Shown piece after piece: positions 26,900 to 37,500 of a stretch of DNA of 64,000 nucleotides. The DNA is from an uncultured Gaiellaceae bacterium (GTDB taxonomy: Bacteria > Actinomycetota > Thermoleophilia > Gaiellales > Gaiellaceae), in assembly GCA_963771185.1 (NCBI GenBank), contig CAVYSL010000011.1, positions 15,303 to 79,302 of the forward strand, read 5' to 3'. The position numbers and the translations under genes are program-made. Position 1 is the stretch's first letter. Each line of letters opens with the position of its first letter. Under the pieces are notes generated by a model that had not been told where the DNA came from, did no database searches, and saw nothing but the letters and a program-made list of their open reading frames with translations.

Positions 26900-28866
26900 G
26901 CCGCCGGCGCCGGTGTGCTGCCGGCGGGCTCGTCAAGCGACGTCCGCTCGACCTGGCGCGTCTCGTAGGCCTCGAGGATGTCGCCTTCCTTCTCGTCGTT
27001 GAAGTTGTCGAGCAGGATCCCGCATTCGAAGCCCTCGGCGACCTCGCGTGCGTCCTCCTTGAACCGCTTCAGCTGCGAGATGGTCGTGTCGTAGATCACG
27101 GTGCCGTCGCGGACGACGCGGACCTGCGAGTTCCGGCGGACGACGCCGGAGGTGACCATGCAGCCGGCGATCGTGCCGAGCCGCGAGACCTTGAAGAGCG
27201 CGCGCACTTCCGCCTCGCCGATGATCTCCTCGGTCTGGACGGCCGAGAGCATGCCCACGAGCGCCTGCTCGATGTCCTCGGTCAGCTGGTAGATGACGCG
27301 ATAGGTGCGGATGTCGACGCCCTCGCGCTCGGCCAGCGCGCGCGCCTCGGCGTTCGGCCGCACGTTGAAGCCGACGACGAGCGCGTTCGAGGTGGCGGCG
27401 AGCATGATGTCGCCCTCGGTGATCGGGCCGACGCCCTGGTGGATCACGTTCACCCGCACCTCGGGATGCTCGATCTTCGCCAGCTCGGAGACGGCGGCCT
27501 CGACGGAGCCGCCGACGTCGCCCTTGAGGATCAGGTTCAGATCCTGGACGGCGCCTTCCTGGAGCTGCGAGAACAGCGTCTCGAGCGAGACGCCGCCCTT
27601 CGAGCGCTGCGCGAGCTGCTCGGTGCGGAGCCGCTGGCCACGCCGCTGCGCGAGCGTTCGCGCCTCGCGCTCGTCCTCGACTACGCGCGCGAACTCGCCC
27701 GCGGGCGGCGGCGCGTTGAAACCGAGGATCTCGACGGGCGTGCCCGGCTTCGCCTCCTGGACCTTCTCGCCGCGGTAGTCGTGCAGCGCGCGCACCTTGC
27801 CGAACGCGTCGCCGGCGACGATCGCGTCGCCGACGCGGAGCGTGCCGCGGTGGACGAGCATCGTTGCGACGGGGCCGCGGCCGACGTCGAGGCGCGACTC
27901 GATGATCGGGCCCGACGCTTCCGCGTTCGGATTCGCGGTCAGCTCGAGCTCGGCGTCCGCCACGAGCAGCACCTTCTCGAGCAGGTCGTCGAGGTTCGTC
28001 TTCTGCTTCGCGGACACGTTCGAGAACTGGACGTTGCCGCCCCAGTCCTCGGGCTGCAGGCCCTCGGCGGCGAGGTCGGCCTTCACCCGGTCGGGGTTCG
28101 CGTCGGGCATGTCCATCTTGTTGACCGCGACCACGATCGGCACATCCGCCGCGCGGGCGTGTGAGATCGACTCCTTCGTCTGCGGCATGACGCTGTCGTC
28201 GGCCGCGACGACGAGCACGGCGATGTCCGTCACCTTCGCGCCGCGGGCGCGCATGGCGGTGAAGGCCTCGTGGCCCGGGGTGTCGAGGAACGTGATCTTG
28301 CGGCCGCCGACGTCGGCCTGGTAGGCGCCGATGTGCTGGGTGATCCCGCCGGCCTCGGTCTCGACGACCGCCGCCTCGCGGATCGCGTCCAGCAGCGTCG
28401 TCTTGCCGTGATCGACGTGGCCCATGATCGTCACCACGGGCGGGCGCGGGGCGAGATCCTCCTCGGCGTCCTCGAAGACCTCCGGCAGCTCCTCCTCGTC
28501 GGCGGCGTGCTTGATCGTGATCTCGCGGTTGAGCTCCGTGCCGACCAGCTCGACCTCGTCGTCGGAGAGCGACTGCGTGATCTGGACCATCTGGCCGAGG
28601 CCCATCATGATCTTGATGATCTGAGCCGCGGGCACGCCGAGCGCCTGCGAGAGGTCGCGGACGGAGACGCCCGACGGGACGGTCGCGGGGCCGGTCGGCG
28701 GAACGACCTCCTGCTTCTCGCGCTTTGGCGTCGCGTCAGTGCGTCCGCGCGCCTGGCGTGGGTTCGGGCGGTTGTTGCCGCCCTCGATCACGACGCGGCG
28801 CTTCCGGCCCGGCGCACCCTGGCGCGGGCGGATCGGTCGGTTCGGCTTGTTGGGTCCGTCAGCCAT
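26896..28866 (-). CDS. infB: translation initiation factor IF-2
   Basis: 656-aa ORF with G-domain motifs GHVDHGKTTLLD, DTPGHEAF and NKMD. Confidence 0.95.
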   Translation of the reverse strand: MADGPNKPNRPIRPRQGAPGRKRRVVIEGGNNRPNPRQARGRTDATPKREKQEVVPPTGPATVPSGVSVRDLSQALGVPAAQIIKIMMGLGQMVQITQSLSDDEVELVGTELNREITIKHAADEEELPEVFEDAEEDLAPRPPVVTIMGHVDHGKTTLLDAIREAAVVETEAGGITQHIGAYQADVGGRKITFLDTPGHEAFTAMRARGAKVTDIAVLVVAADDSVMPQTKESISHARAADVPIVVAVNKMDMPDANPDRVKADLAAEGLQPEDWGGNVQFSNVSAKQKTNLDDLLEKVLLVADAELELTANPNAEASGPIIESRLDVGRGPVATMLVHRGTLRVGDAIVAGDAFGKVRALHDYRGEKVQEAKPGTPVEILGFNAPPPAGEFARVVEDEREARTLAQRRGQRLRTEQLAQRSKGGVSLETLFSQLQEGAVQDLNLILKGDVGGSVEAAVSELAKIEHPEVRVNVIHQGVGPITEGDIMLAATSNALVVGFNVRPNAEARALAEREGVDIRTYRVIYQLTEDIEQALVGMLSAVQTEEIIGEAEVRALFKVSRLGTIAGCMVTSGVVRRNSQVRVVRDGTVIYDTTISQLKRFKEDAREVAEGFECGILLDNFNDEKEGDILEAYETRQVERTSLDEPAGSTPAPAA

Positions 28867-29119
28867 CAGCGTCCAATTCTAGAGGGTGAGTGAAGAGTCG
28901 CGAGAGACCGGGATCGACCGAGACGTTCTGCCGCAGCACCCGGTTGAACGCGCGCCGCGACACCGCCCGCTCGAAGCAGGCGAGCCGGCGGCACGTGTAG
29001 GCGCCGCGACCGGGCTCCGTGCGCCCGCTGACGAGCACTCCATCGCGGGCCGCAAAGCGGACGAGCTCCGGCTGCGGCGCCTTGCGCCCGCAGCCCGCAC
29101 AGGTGCGTTCCGGCGTCAC
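28859..29119 (-). CDS. ylxR: YlxR/DUF448 RNA-binding protein
   Basis: VTPERTCAGCGRKAPQPELVRF...GRGAYTCRRLACFERAVSRRAFNRVL. GTG overlaps the nusA stop (GTGA). Confidence 0.75.
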   Translation of the reverse strand: MTPERTCAGCGRKAPQPELVRFAARDGVLVSGRTEPGRGAYTCRRLACFERAVSRRAFNRVLRQNVSVDPGLSRLFTHPLELDADG

Positions 29120-30549
29120 GCAGGCGTCTCGTCCTCCTGGCGGTCGGCGGCCAGCGGCTCGTCGGCGGCGGCCTCCTCGGACGGCGTCTCCTCGACCTCG
29201 GCAACCGGCTCGAGCTGCTCGGCCTCCTCGGGCGTCGCGACCTCCTCCACCGCCTCGACGGGAACTTCCTCGGGCTCCTGGCCGGCGAGCGCCTGGTGCG
29301 CGGGCACGCCGCAGTAGCGGCTGCCGGCGAGGGAGGCGTTCGGGCAGCGCTTGCCGTTCGAGAGGATCGCGGCACAGCGGCCGGAGAAGTCGCCGGCCTC
29401 GCCGTCGCCTTCGCCGGCGCCCGCGAACGCCGCCTCGGCCTCGGCCTGGGCGAACTCCTCGTCGGACTGGATGTCGACCTTCCAGCCGGTCAGGCGGGCG
29501 GCGAGGCGGGCGTTCAGCCCCTCCTTGCCGATCGCCAGCGCCAGCTGGTCGTTCGGGACGACGACGGTCGCTTCCTTGGTCTCGTCGTCGATGTAGACCT
29601 CGCGCACGCGGGCCGGCGAGAGCGCCTTGGCGACGAACCGGGCCGGCTCCGTGTTCCACGGGATGATGTCGATCTTCTCGCCGCGCAGCTCCGAGACGAC
29701 CATGCGCACGCGCGAGCCGCGCGGGCCGACGCAGGCGCCGACCGGGTCGACACCCTGGGCGTGCGACTCGACGGCGATCTTGGCGCGGTAGCCGGGCTCG
29801 CGGGCGACGCCGCGGATCTCGACGAGACCGTCGGCGATCTCGGGCACCTCGAGCTCGAAGAGCGTCTTGATCAGCTCGGGATCGCGGCGCGACAGGATCA
29901 CCTGCGGGCCCTTGGTCCCGGAGCGGACCTCGGTGATGACGGCCTTGATCCGGGAGCCCTGCTCGTAGCGCTCGCCGTCGACCTGCTCGGAGCGCGGCAG
30001 CAGCGCCTCGACCTTGCCCAGGTCGACGAGCACGTTGTTGCGGTCGCCCGCCTGCTGGACGATGCCGGTGACGACCTCGCCCTGGCGGTCGATGTACTCC
30101 TCGTACATCATCGCGCGCTCGGCCTCGCGGATTCGCTGCTGGATCACCTGCTTGGCCGTCATCGCGGCGATGCGGCCGAAGTCGTGCGGGGTCACGTCGG
30201 AGCGGGCGATCAGCTCCTCGGGCACCTGGTCCCAGTCGAGCTCGAGCTCGTCCTGGTTGATCAGCGTGTGCTGCTTCTCCCCCGTCTCCTCCTCGAGCCG
30301 CTCGAGCTCGTCGATCTTGGCCTCCATCGCCTCGTCGAGCAGCCGCGCCTCGAGGTCCGCGGGGATGTCGATCGCGAAGACGCGGAACTCGCCCTCTTCG
30401 TCGAGCTCGACGGCGGCGTGACGGGCCGCGCCCGGCGTCTTCTTGTAGGCAGCGAGGAGTGCGTCCTCCAGCGCGTGGATGACGGTGTTCTCCTCGATTC
30501 CCTTTTCGCGTTCGAGCCCGCGGATGTGCTCGATGATCTCCTGCGACAT
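29116..30549 (-). CDS. nusA: transcription termination/antitermination factor NusA with a Cys/His motif and an acidic C-terminal extension
   Basis: 477-aa ORF with S1 and KH1/KH2 domains (GACVGPRGSRV, ALAIGKEGLNARLAARLTGW). The extra C-terminal part is about 110 aa. Confidence 0.95.
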   Translation of the reverse strand: MSQEIIEHIRGLEREKGIEENTVIHALEDALLAAYKKTPGAARHAAVELDEEGEFRVFAIDIPADLEARLLDEAMEAKIDELERLEEETGEKQHTLINQDELELDWDQVPEELIARSDVTPHDFGRIAAMTAKQVIQQRIREAERAMMYEEYIDRQGEVVTGIVQQAGDRNNVLVDLGKVEALLPRSEQVDGERYEQGSRIKAVITEVRSGTKGPQVILSRRDPELIKTLFELEVPEIADGLVEIRGVAREPGYRAKIAVESHAQGVDPVGACVGPRGSRVRMVVSELRGEKIDIIPWNTEPARFVAKALSPARVREVYIDDETKEATVVVPNDQLALAIGKEGLNARLAARLTGWKVDIQSDEEFAQAEAEAAFAGAGEGDGEAGDFSGRCAAILSNGKRCPNASLAGSRYCGVPAHQALAGQEPEEVPVEAVEEVATPEEAEQLEPVAEVEETPSEEAAADEPLAADRQEDETPA

Positions 30550-30559
30550 TGCTCTTCTC

Positions 30560-30988
30560 CTACTGCTCGTAGACCAGGTTGCCCCGGACGACCTGGTCGT
30601 ACGGGATCTCGATGGTGTCGTCGCCCGACCGGACGACGACGGACTGCTGACCGGCGCTGAGGATCTCGCCCTTGAGGCGCTTGCGCTCGGGCGTGCGGAG
30701 CGTCACCTGGCGGCCGATCGCGTTGCGGAAATGCTCGGGCGTGCGGACCGGGCGCTCGATCCCCGGCGAGGAGACGTCGATCGCATACTCGCGCAGGTAC
30801 TCGCGCAGCACGTCGGTGACGCGCGCGCACAGCGCGTGGTCGACGCCCTCGGCGTGATCGACGAAGACGGTGAAGCGTTCGGGGTTCGAGAGCTCGACGG
30901 CGAGCACCTCGACGCCGGGCAGTGCCGACTCGACTTCCCGTCCGATCTGCTTCGTCAGTGTCCGCTCCTTCTCGTGCGTTGCGCTCAT
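30560..30988 (-). CDS. rimP: ribosome maturation factor RimP
   Basis: MSATHEKERTL...YAIDVSSPGIERPVRTPEHF... inside ORF 30560-31429, immediately upstream of nusA. Confidence 0.85.
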   Translation of the reverse strand: MSATHEKERTLTKQIGREVESALPGVEVLAVELSNPERFTVFVDHAEGVDHALCARVTDVLREYLREYAIDVSSPGIERPVRTPEHFRNAIGRQVTLRTPERKRLKGEILSAGQQSVVVRSGDDTIEIPYDQVVRGNLVYEQ

Positions 30989-31015
30989 GGTTACTCCTTG
31001 CAACTGCTGCCTCTT

Positions 31016-31044
31016 CAACAAAAATGGGCGCAGCGCGCCCATTT
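31016..31044 (-). terminator. rho-independent terminator after the dtd-GNAT-EamA operon
   Basis: Minus strand: AAATGGGCGC-GCT-GCGCCCATTT followed by TTGTTG, so the stem and U-run are contiguous (ATTTTTGTT). Confidence 0.7.
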
Positions 31045-31109
31045 CGTCCAGCAGGTGAAAATGGTGAAGGAAGTGTAGCAAGCAGTAGGCCGTTCGGCCC
31101 ATTACGGGC

Positions 31110-31916
31110 CTAGGCGGAGCCCAGCGCGACCACCCCCGCGACGACGAGGATCGCGCCCGCGAGGCGGCCCCGCGTGACGCGCTCCCCGAGGAACGGAGCG
31201 GCGAGCGCGACCGCGAAGAGCACGCTCGTTTCGCGAACGGCAGCGACCGGTGCCGCAGGCGCCAGCCGGAGCGCGGCAAGCACGAGCACATACGCGAGGA
31301 AGCCACCGCAGCCGGCGAGGATCGCCCGTCCGCTCCACTCCGCGCGAAGCCGCTCCCGCCCACATACGAACGCCGCTCCGACGGCCGTCGGCAGGAGCGC
31401 GAGCAGGAGGTACGGGACCGGGTTCGCATGCTGGATCCCCTCGGCGTCGACGAGCGTGTAGGCGGCGATCTGAGCGGCGATCACGAGCCCGAGCACGACC
31501 CCGAGCCGGTCGCCGCCGCGCAGTCCGCGGACGAGGACGACGCCGGCCGCGACGGCGAGCACGCCGAGTACCTCGATCCCAGCGGGCGCGTACCCCGTCG
31601 CGACCGCGCCGAGGAGCACGAGCACGGGGGCGCCGCCGCGCGCGAGCGGGTAGACGAGCGAGAGCTCTGCGCGCTGGTACGCCGCCGTGAGCGTGAAGAA
31701 GTACGCGAGCTCGAGCACGCCGGACGCGACGAGCCAGGGGATCGCCTCGCGCTCCACCCCCCACGTCACGAGCGCGAACGGCAGCGCGACGACGAGGCTG
31801 GAGCCGAGCGCGACCGCCGTCGCTGCGAGCACGTCGCGGGATCCGGCGAGCAGGAGATTCCAGAGCGCGTGCAGGACGGCAGCGCCGAGCGCGAGCCCGA
31901 GGGCGGCGCTACTCAT
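31110..31916 (-). CDS. EamA/DMT-family transporter
   Basis: [25 protein letters not shown]... has about 9-10 hydrophobic helices and a duplicated EamA-like organisation. It lies inside ORF 31110-32303. Confidence 0.8.
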   Translation of the reverse strand: MSSAALGLALGAAVLHALWNLLLAGSRDVLAATAVALGSSLVVALPFALVTWGVEREAIPWLVASGVLELAYFFTLTAAYQRAELSLVYPLARGGAPVLVLLGAVATGYAPAGIEVLGVLAVAAGVVLVRGLRGGDRLGVVLGLVIAAQIAAYTLVDAEGIQHANPVPYLLLALLPTAVGAAFVCGRERLRAEWSGRAILAGCGGFLAYVLVLAALRLAPAAPVAAVRETSVLFAVALAAPFLGERVTRGRLAGAILVVAGVVALGSA

Positions 31917-32376
31917 CCGCCGGCCGCTGCATCTCCAGAAACCGGTAGACGCTGCCCGCCGTCGCGTGGTCGTACGTTCGGACGGCCATGAATCCGGCAC
32001 GCTCGTAGACCCTGATCGCACGCTCGTTGAACGTGGCCACGGCGAGCCGGAACCGCTGTGGCCGGAAACGCTCGCGCGCGAATGCCATTCCCGTCTCGAC
32101 GAATGCGAGCCCCGACCCACGTCCGGTGCGATCGGGGCGAAGTCCCAACCCGAGCTCGATCGTCGTGCCGTCCTGCTTGAACTCGAAGAACCCGACGAGC
32201 GAGCCGTCCTCCGCGATCGCCGAGAAATACCGGTTCTCACGCACTTCGGCGCTGAGGAGAAGCGCGAGGTCGTCGGCATCGGCGTCGGCGTCGTAGAACG
32301 CATAGGGACCCTCGTAGCGCCAACGAGCGATCTCCTCGGCGTCCGCCTGAGACATCTGCCGAAACTCGAGCGTCAC
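31909..32376 (-). CDS. GNAT-family N-acetyltransferase
   Basis: [19 protein letters not shown]...[18 protein letters not shown]...[13 protein letters not shown] (acetyl-CoA binding Q/RxxGxG/A-like motif). GTG overlaps the dtd stop. Confidence 0.8.
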   Translation of the reverse strand: MTLEFRQMSQADAEEIARWRYEGPYAFYDADADADDLALLLSAEVRENRYFSAIAEDGSLVGFFEFKQDGTTIELGLGLRPDRTGRGSGLAFVETGMAFARERFRPQRFRLAVATFNERAIRVYERAGFMAVRTYDHATAGSVYRFLEMQRPADE

Positions 32377-32813
32377 GAGCCATCCAGCACGATCGTCACG
32401 GGACCGTCGTTCACGAGCTCGACGTCCATCCGCGCGCCGAAAACGCCCTGCTCGACCGTGGGGCCGAGATCGCGGAGCGCCGCGCAGAACCGCTCGTAGA
32501 GCCGCTCCGCCTCGTCGGGCGGCGCCGCAGCTGCGAAGCTCGGCCGGTTGCCCTTGGCGGTGTCCGCGATCAGCGTGAACTGGCTGACGACAAGCACGCT
32601 CCCGCCCGTGTCGAGCACGGAGAGGTCGAAGCGGCCGTCGTCGTTCTCGAAGATCCGGAGCCGCGCGACCTTCTCGGCCAGCCTGGCCGCATCGCTCTCG
32701 GCGTCGCCGGCGGCCACGCCGAGCAGGACGAGCAGCCCCACGCCGATCTCGCCGGTGACACGGCCCTCGACCCGCACGGCTGCGCGGGAAACGCGCTGGA
32801 CAACCGCCCTCAT
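32373..32813 (-). CDS. dtd: D-aminoacyl-tRNA deacylase
   Basis: [33 protein letters not shown]...LVVSQFTL...GNRPSF... is a canonical Dtd. Confidence 0.9.
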   Translation of the reverse strand: MRAVVQRVSRAAVRVEGRVTGEIGVGLLVLLGVAAGDAESDAARLAEKVARLRIFENDDGRFDLSVLDTGGSVLVVSQFTLIADTAKGNRPSFAAAAPPDEAERLYERFCAALRDLGPTVEQGVFGARMDVELVNDGPVTIVLDGS

Positions 32814-32826
32814 GTCGATCCGCACT

Positions 32827-34575
32827 ATGGCCGATACACAGGGCGTGGAAGCTGCGTCGATTCCGCCGTTCCCGCATGCGGACCCGTACGGCCGGCCCGA
32901 GGGCAGGCCGCAGCTCGGCTCGCTGCTGCTGCGCGACGGCGTCATCACCGTCGACCAGCTCGAGGCCGCGCTCGCCCAGAAGGAGGCCGAAGGCGGCCGG
33001 CTCGGCGAGATCCTGCTCCGTTACAACGTCGCGACCGCGACTGCGATCGCGAAGGCGCTGGCCGAGCAGTACGGCTTCGAGTTCATCGAGCTGAGCCGCT
33101 TCGACCTCGTCCCGGCGGCCACGAGCCTGCTGCCCGAGAACGTCTCGCGCCGCCTCTCGGCCCTGCCGATCGCCTTCGACGAGGACGGCACCGTCATCGT
33201 CGCGGTCACCGATCCGACCGACGTGATGGCGTCCGACGACCTGCGCCTCGCGCTCGGCCTGCAGATCCGCTTCGTCGTCGTCTCGGTCTCCGACCTCGGC
33301 CGCACGCTCGACCGGTGCTTCCGCGCGAACGTCCACGTCGAGATGGAGGCGGACGTGGTTGTGGAGGACGAGGAAGAGGCGGTCGAGGACATCACGGAGG
33401 GCGACGCCACCGACGCGCCCGCGATCAAGCTGACCAACCAGATCATCGCCAACGCGATCGCCGAGGGAGCCTCGGACATCCACTTCGAGCCGCAGCCGCA
33501 TGCGATGGTCGTCCGCGCCCGGATCGACGGCGTCATGCGCAAGGTCGCCGAAGTGCCGACCGGGCTGACGCCTGCCGTCACCAGCCGCCTCAAGATCATG
33601 GGCGAGCTCGACATCGCCGACCGCCGCAATGCCCAGGACGGCCGCGTCTCGATCCGCTACGACGGCCATCCCGTCGACCTTCGCATCGCGGTGCTGCCGA
33701 CGACGTTCGGCGAGAAGGTCGTGCTCAGGATCCTCCACCGCGCCTCCGGCCGGCTCGCGATCTCCGATCTCGGGATGAACCCCGAAGCCGAGGCGGTGCT
33801 GACGCGCGCGCTGAAGCAGCCGTACGGCGCCGTCCTCACCGTCGGCCCGACGGGCTCCGGCAAGACGACGACGCTCTACGCGGCGCTCGAGTTCCTCAAC
33901 GACGACGAGCGCTCGCTCGCGACGATCGAGGATCCGGTCGAGAACCAGATTCCCGGGATCACGCAGGTCGAGGTGAACGTTCGCGCCGGTCTGACCTTTG
34001 CGAGCGGCCTGCGGACGATGCTCCGCTCGGACCCCGACGTCGTCCTGATCGGCGAGGTGCGCGACGAGGAGACGGCCCGGATCGCGATCCAGGCGGCGAT
34101 GACCGGCCACCTCGTGCTGACGACGCTGCACACGCACAACGCGGCCAGCTCGATCGCCCGGCTCCGCGACATGGGCGTCGACCAGTCGCTGATCGCGACC
34201 TCGATCAACTGCATCGTCGCGCAGCGGCTCGCGCGCAAGCTCTGCGTCCACTGCCGTGAGGCGTACATCCCGACCGAGGCCGAGAAGATCGCGGACGGGC
34301 TCAAGGGCGTCCTCCAGGACGGCGAGATGCTCTATCGCGCCCGCGGCTGCGGCGAGTGCGCCGACACGGGCTACAACGGGCGCGTCGCGCTCTACGAGGT
34401 GATGCCGATCAGCGGCAAGATCCGGCATCTGATCGAGGCCTCGACCGAGGAGATCTTCGCGGCTGCGGTCGGCGCCGGGATGATCACCCTCCGCGAGGAC
34501 GGGATTCGCCTCTGCCGCGCCGGCATCTCCTCGCTCGAGGAGATCCACCGGGTCACCGGCGACCGCCTGATGTAG
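32827..34575 (+). CDS. GspE/PilB-family secretion ATPase with an N-terminal MshEN-type (c-di-GMP-binding-like) domain
   Basis: ATG at 32827. Two MshEN-like motifs ([47 protein letters not shown]). Walker [11 protein letters not shown]. Tetracysteine CVHC...CGEC. Confidence 0.9.
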   Translation: MADTQGVEAASIPPFPHADPYGRPEGRPQLGSLLLRDGVITVDQLEAALAQKEAEGGRLGEILLRYNVATATAIAKALAEQYGFEFIELSRFDLVPAATSLLPENVSRRLSALPIAFDEDGTVIVAVTDPTDVMASDDLRLALGLQIRFVVVSVSDLGRTLDRCFRANVHVEMEADVVVEDEEEAVEDITEGDATDAPAIKLTNQIIANAIAEGASDIHFEPQPHAMVVRARIDGVMRKVAEVPTGLTPAVTSRLKIMGELDIADRRNAQDGRVSIRYDGHPVDLRIAVLPTTFGEKVVLRILHRASGRLAISDLGMNPEAEAVLTRALKQPYGAVLTVGPTGSGKTTTLYAALEFLNDDERSLATIEDPVENQIPGITQVEVNVRAGLTFASGLRTMLRSDPDVVLIGEVRDEETARIAIQAAMTGHLVLTTLHTHNAASSIARLRDMGVDQSLIATSINCIVAQRLARKLCVHCREAYIPTEAEKIADGLKGVLQDGEMLYRARGCGECADTGYNGRVALYEVMPISGKIRHLIEASTEEIFAAAVGAGMITLREDGIRLCRAGISSLEEIHRVTGDRLM

Positions 34576-34582
34576 CTCCGCG

Positions 34583-37500
34583 TCAGTCGATGTCGGCGAT
34601 CACGATGACCGCGGTCGCGCCCTTCTTCCCACGCGCCGAGACAGTGATCGTGTTGTCCGATCCGGGGCGCATCGCGGATGCGACGTCGAACTTGCGCACC
34701 TCCCCCGGCCCGAGGTCCTGCTCCTTGAACTTGACGCCGTTGACCGTCAATTGCACCTTCTTCATGCCGGGGTCGCCGTTGAGGATCGTGACCTTGCTCT
34801 CGGACTGCGGAACGCCCGTGAACTGCTCCTCCTCGGGTTGGTCGTCCGTGCGGGCGACGACGAGCACGATCGGGTCGCACACGGCCTTGTTGCCGGCGAG
34901 GTCGAAGAAATGGACCTCGACGCCGAGGCTCTTGTTGGCGTTGACCGCGGTGGCCGTGACGGTGACAGGTTGCAGCGTCCCAGGCGTGAACGGGCTGACG
35001 GAAACGGTCGCGTTCCGGACGTACACGACCTGGTAGCGGGCGAGGCCGCTGCCGACGTCCTGGACGCGGAAGCGGATGAAACCGCGCCGGTCCGCGAGCG
35101 TACCCTGTTCCTCGATCACGCACGTCGGCGGGGGATCGACCGGCGACCGGTTGTCGACGTCGACGTTCGTAACCGTGGAGGCGGTCACGGTCGTCGAGGC
35201 GCACGTCTCGCCCCCCGGCAGCGTGAAGCCGGCGAGCGAGGTCGTCCAGTTGGCAGGGACGATCTCGCACAGCTGATACGTACCGGGCGTGAGGTTCGGG
35301 AAGGTCGCCGGGGACCCGCCCGCCGCCGGCGCCGCCGCCTCGCCGACCAGCGTGCCGGGCGTGCCGGCGGATGCGCCGCGACGGAGCCGGAACGTGAACG
35401 TCTGACCGGCGGCCGGCGCCGCACCGTTCACGGTCTTCTTCACCGACACCGCGCCTGTGTCGGGCGGCAGGTCGACCTGGAGCTTCGCGCCACAGAAAAC
35501 CGTCACCTCGGTCGAGGAGGCGTGGTAGTCGAACCGGAGCGCGGTCAGCGTGACGCGAGTGGGGCTGTTCGAATTCCCAACCGGCACCTCGGTGAGCGCG
35601 TAGCGACCGTCGGTGCCGGTCACGGTCGAGCGCCCGCCGCCGGTCACGGTCGCATTCGCGATCGGCAGGGCGGTGTCCTGATCGGTGACGCGGCCGGAGA
35701 TCTCCGCGTTCTGGCAGAGCGGCATCAGCTCGAAGTCGCGCGGGGTCGTCACGTCCGCGGCCAACGGAATGTCCTCCGCAGTGGCCGGCCAGTAGGCGAA
35801 TGCACTGACGCTTGCATCAGTCGAACGCGGCGTGTTCCGGTCGCTGAGGTGCAGGCCGCCGATCGTGTACCTGCCGTCGCTTCCCGTGAGTGCGCCGCCG
35901 GCGGAGACGGTCACGCGCGCGCCGGTGACGGGCTGCTTCGTGATCACGTCGCGCACGAGGCCCGCGACGGCGCCGAAGCGGCGCCGAAGCAGGAGGAGGT
36001 CCTGCTGGGTCGGCGGGTCTCCCTTCGCGATCGTCACCGGAGCCGTGGCGTCGTAGTACGGCGGCGGAAACTGCTGCTGCGTCCTCACGAGGGTCGAGTA
36101 GGTGTCGTCGGGGGCGTGTCCCGTCAGGACCGGACCGATCCGGTAGCGGCCGGCTGCGTCGGTCGTCGTCTGGCACGGCGCCTCAAAGCGCGGCGGCGAC
36201 CCGCACCGGCCCGTCGAGAAGTCGAGGAACACCGTGATCCCCGGCAGGGGCTGCAACGTTTCCTCGTCGCGGACGACACCTTCGATGGAGCCGAAGTGGT
36301 ACTCGAGCGGCGTCATGCGCAGCGTGGTCTCGTGGTTTCCGCCGCACGCAGAAACGTCGCCGCTTGCGAAGCCGCCGTCGTAGCCGACCAGGTTTGCGTC
36401 CGCGAAATACTGCGTCGGGGCGTTGTTATGGCCGAGCAAGAGCTTCGGGAAGGAGAACGTCCCGTCGGCGCCGGCGACTGCCGTGTCGAAGTCCTCGCTG
36501 GTGCCCACGTTGACGAACGCGCCCGGAATCGGCTGATTCGTGGCTGCGTCGACGACGCGGCCCGAAAGCGCGAACGTGCATTTGCGGACGACTGCGATGT
36601 CGCGCTGCAGCTCCGCGCCGGGCTGGACCGAGAGCGTGAGACGCGAGAACCAGTACCCCTGACGCCACTCGTCCTCGTTGTCCCCCGAGGTGAAGGCGTT
36701 CAGCGACGTCGAGAGCGGCGCGTTGTTGTAGCCAACGGGGAAGCGAAACTCGAAACGACCGTCCGGTGTCACGATCGCTGGGACCGGGAACGGCGCACGG
36801 TGGTCGATCGGGTCGAGGTACGTCGTCACTCCCGTCGCGGGCGTCGTCGTCGGAATGACACGGAACGGGTCGGACGGGTCGGGCGTGCCCTCGAAAACCG
36901 TGCCGACGAGATGTGCCGGCCGGACGCGTACGAGCGTCAGGTCGATCTGCGTCGTACGCCCGCAGCCGATCGTCTGCTCATCCGACCGTGCGGGCCAGTA
37001 GTCCGGCCGCAGGTTGGCGGCGACGAAGAGGGCACGGTCGGCGTTCCGGGGGCCGAGCCCGACGTTCTGGATCCGGTACGTGCCGTCCGCCCCGGTTGTA
37101 GCCGCGGGCGGGCCGATCGGGTCGAGGCCCGGCGTGACGCGGAGCTCGACGCCCGTGAGGAGCGCCCCCGTCTCCGCGTCGCGGACGGTGCCGGCAATCG
37201 TGCCGAAGCAGACCTTGAGCATCGTGAGGTTTGTCGTTTCACGGCCGGTCGAGACGTGGGTCTTGCCGCCGCCGCTGGCGGTGACTTCGATCGCCACCGT
37301 CGCCGCGGCCGCGTTCGGCGCGGCGCTGAGCACGAGGTCGGACACGCCCGAAGGCGTGATCGGGTTGACGCTGAACTGCGCGGTCACGCCCGTCGGGAGT
37401 CCCGAGACGGACAGCGATACGGGAGCCGAGAATCCGTCGATCGCGCCGACGCCGACGTGCAGCGTTGTCGTCTGTCCCGGCGTCACCGTTACCTGAGCGG

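Noticed and set aside
32827-34575. Calling this a type II secretion or type IV pilus cluster
   Set aside because: The ATPase is alone. No platform protein, pilins, prepilin peptidase or secretin are nearby.
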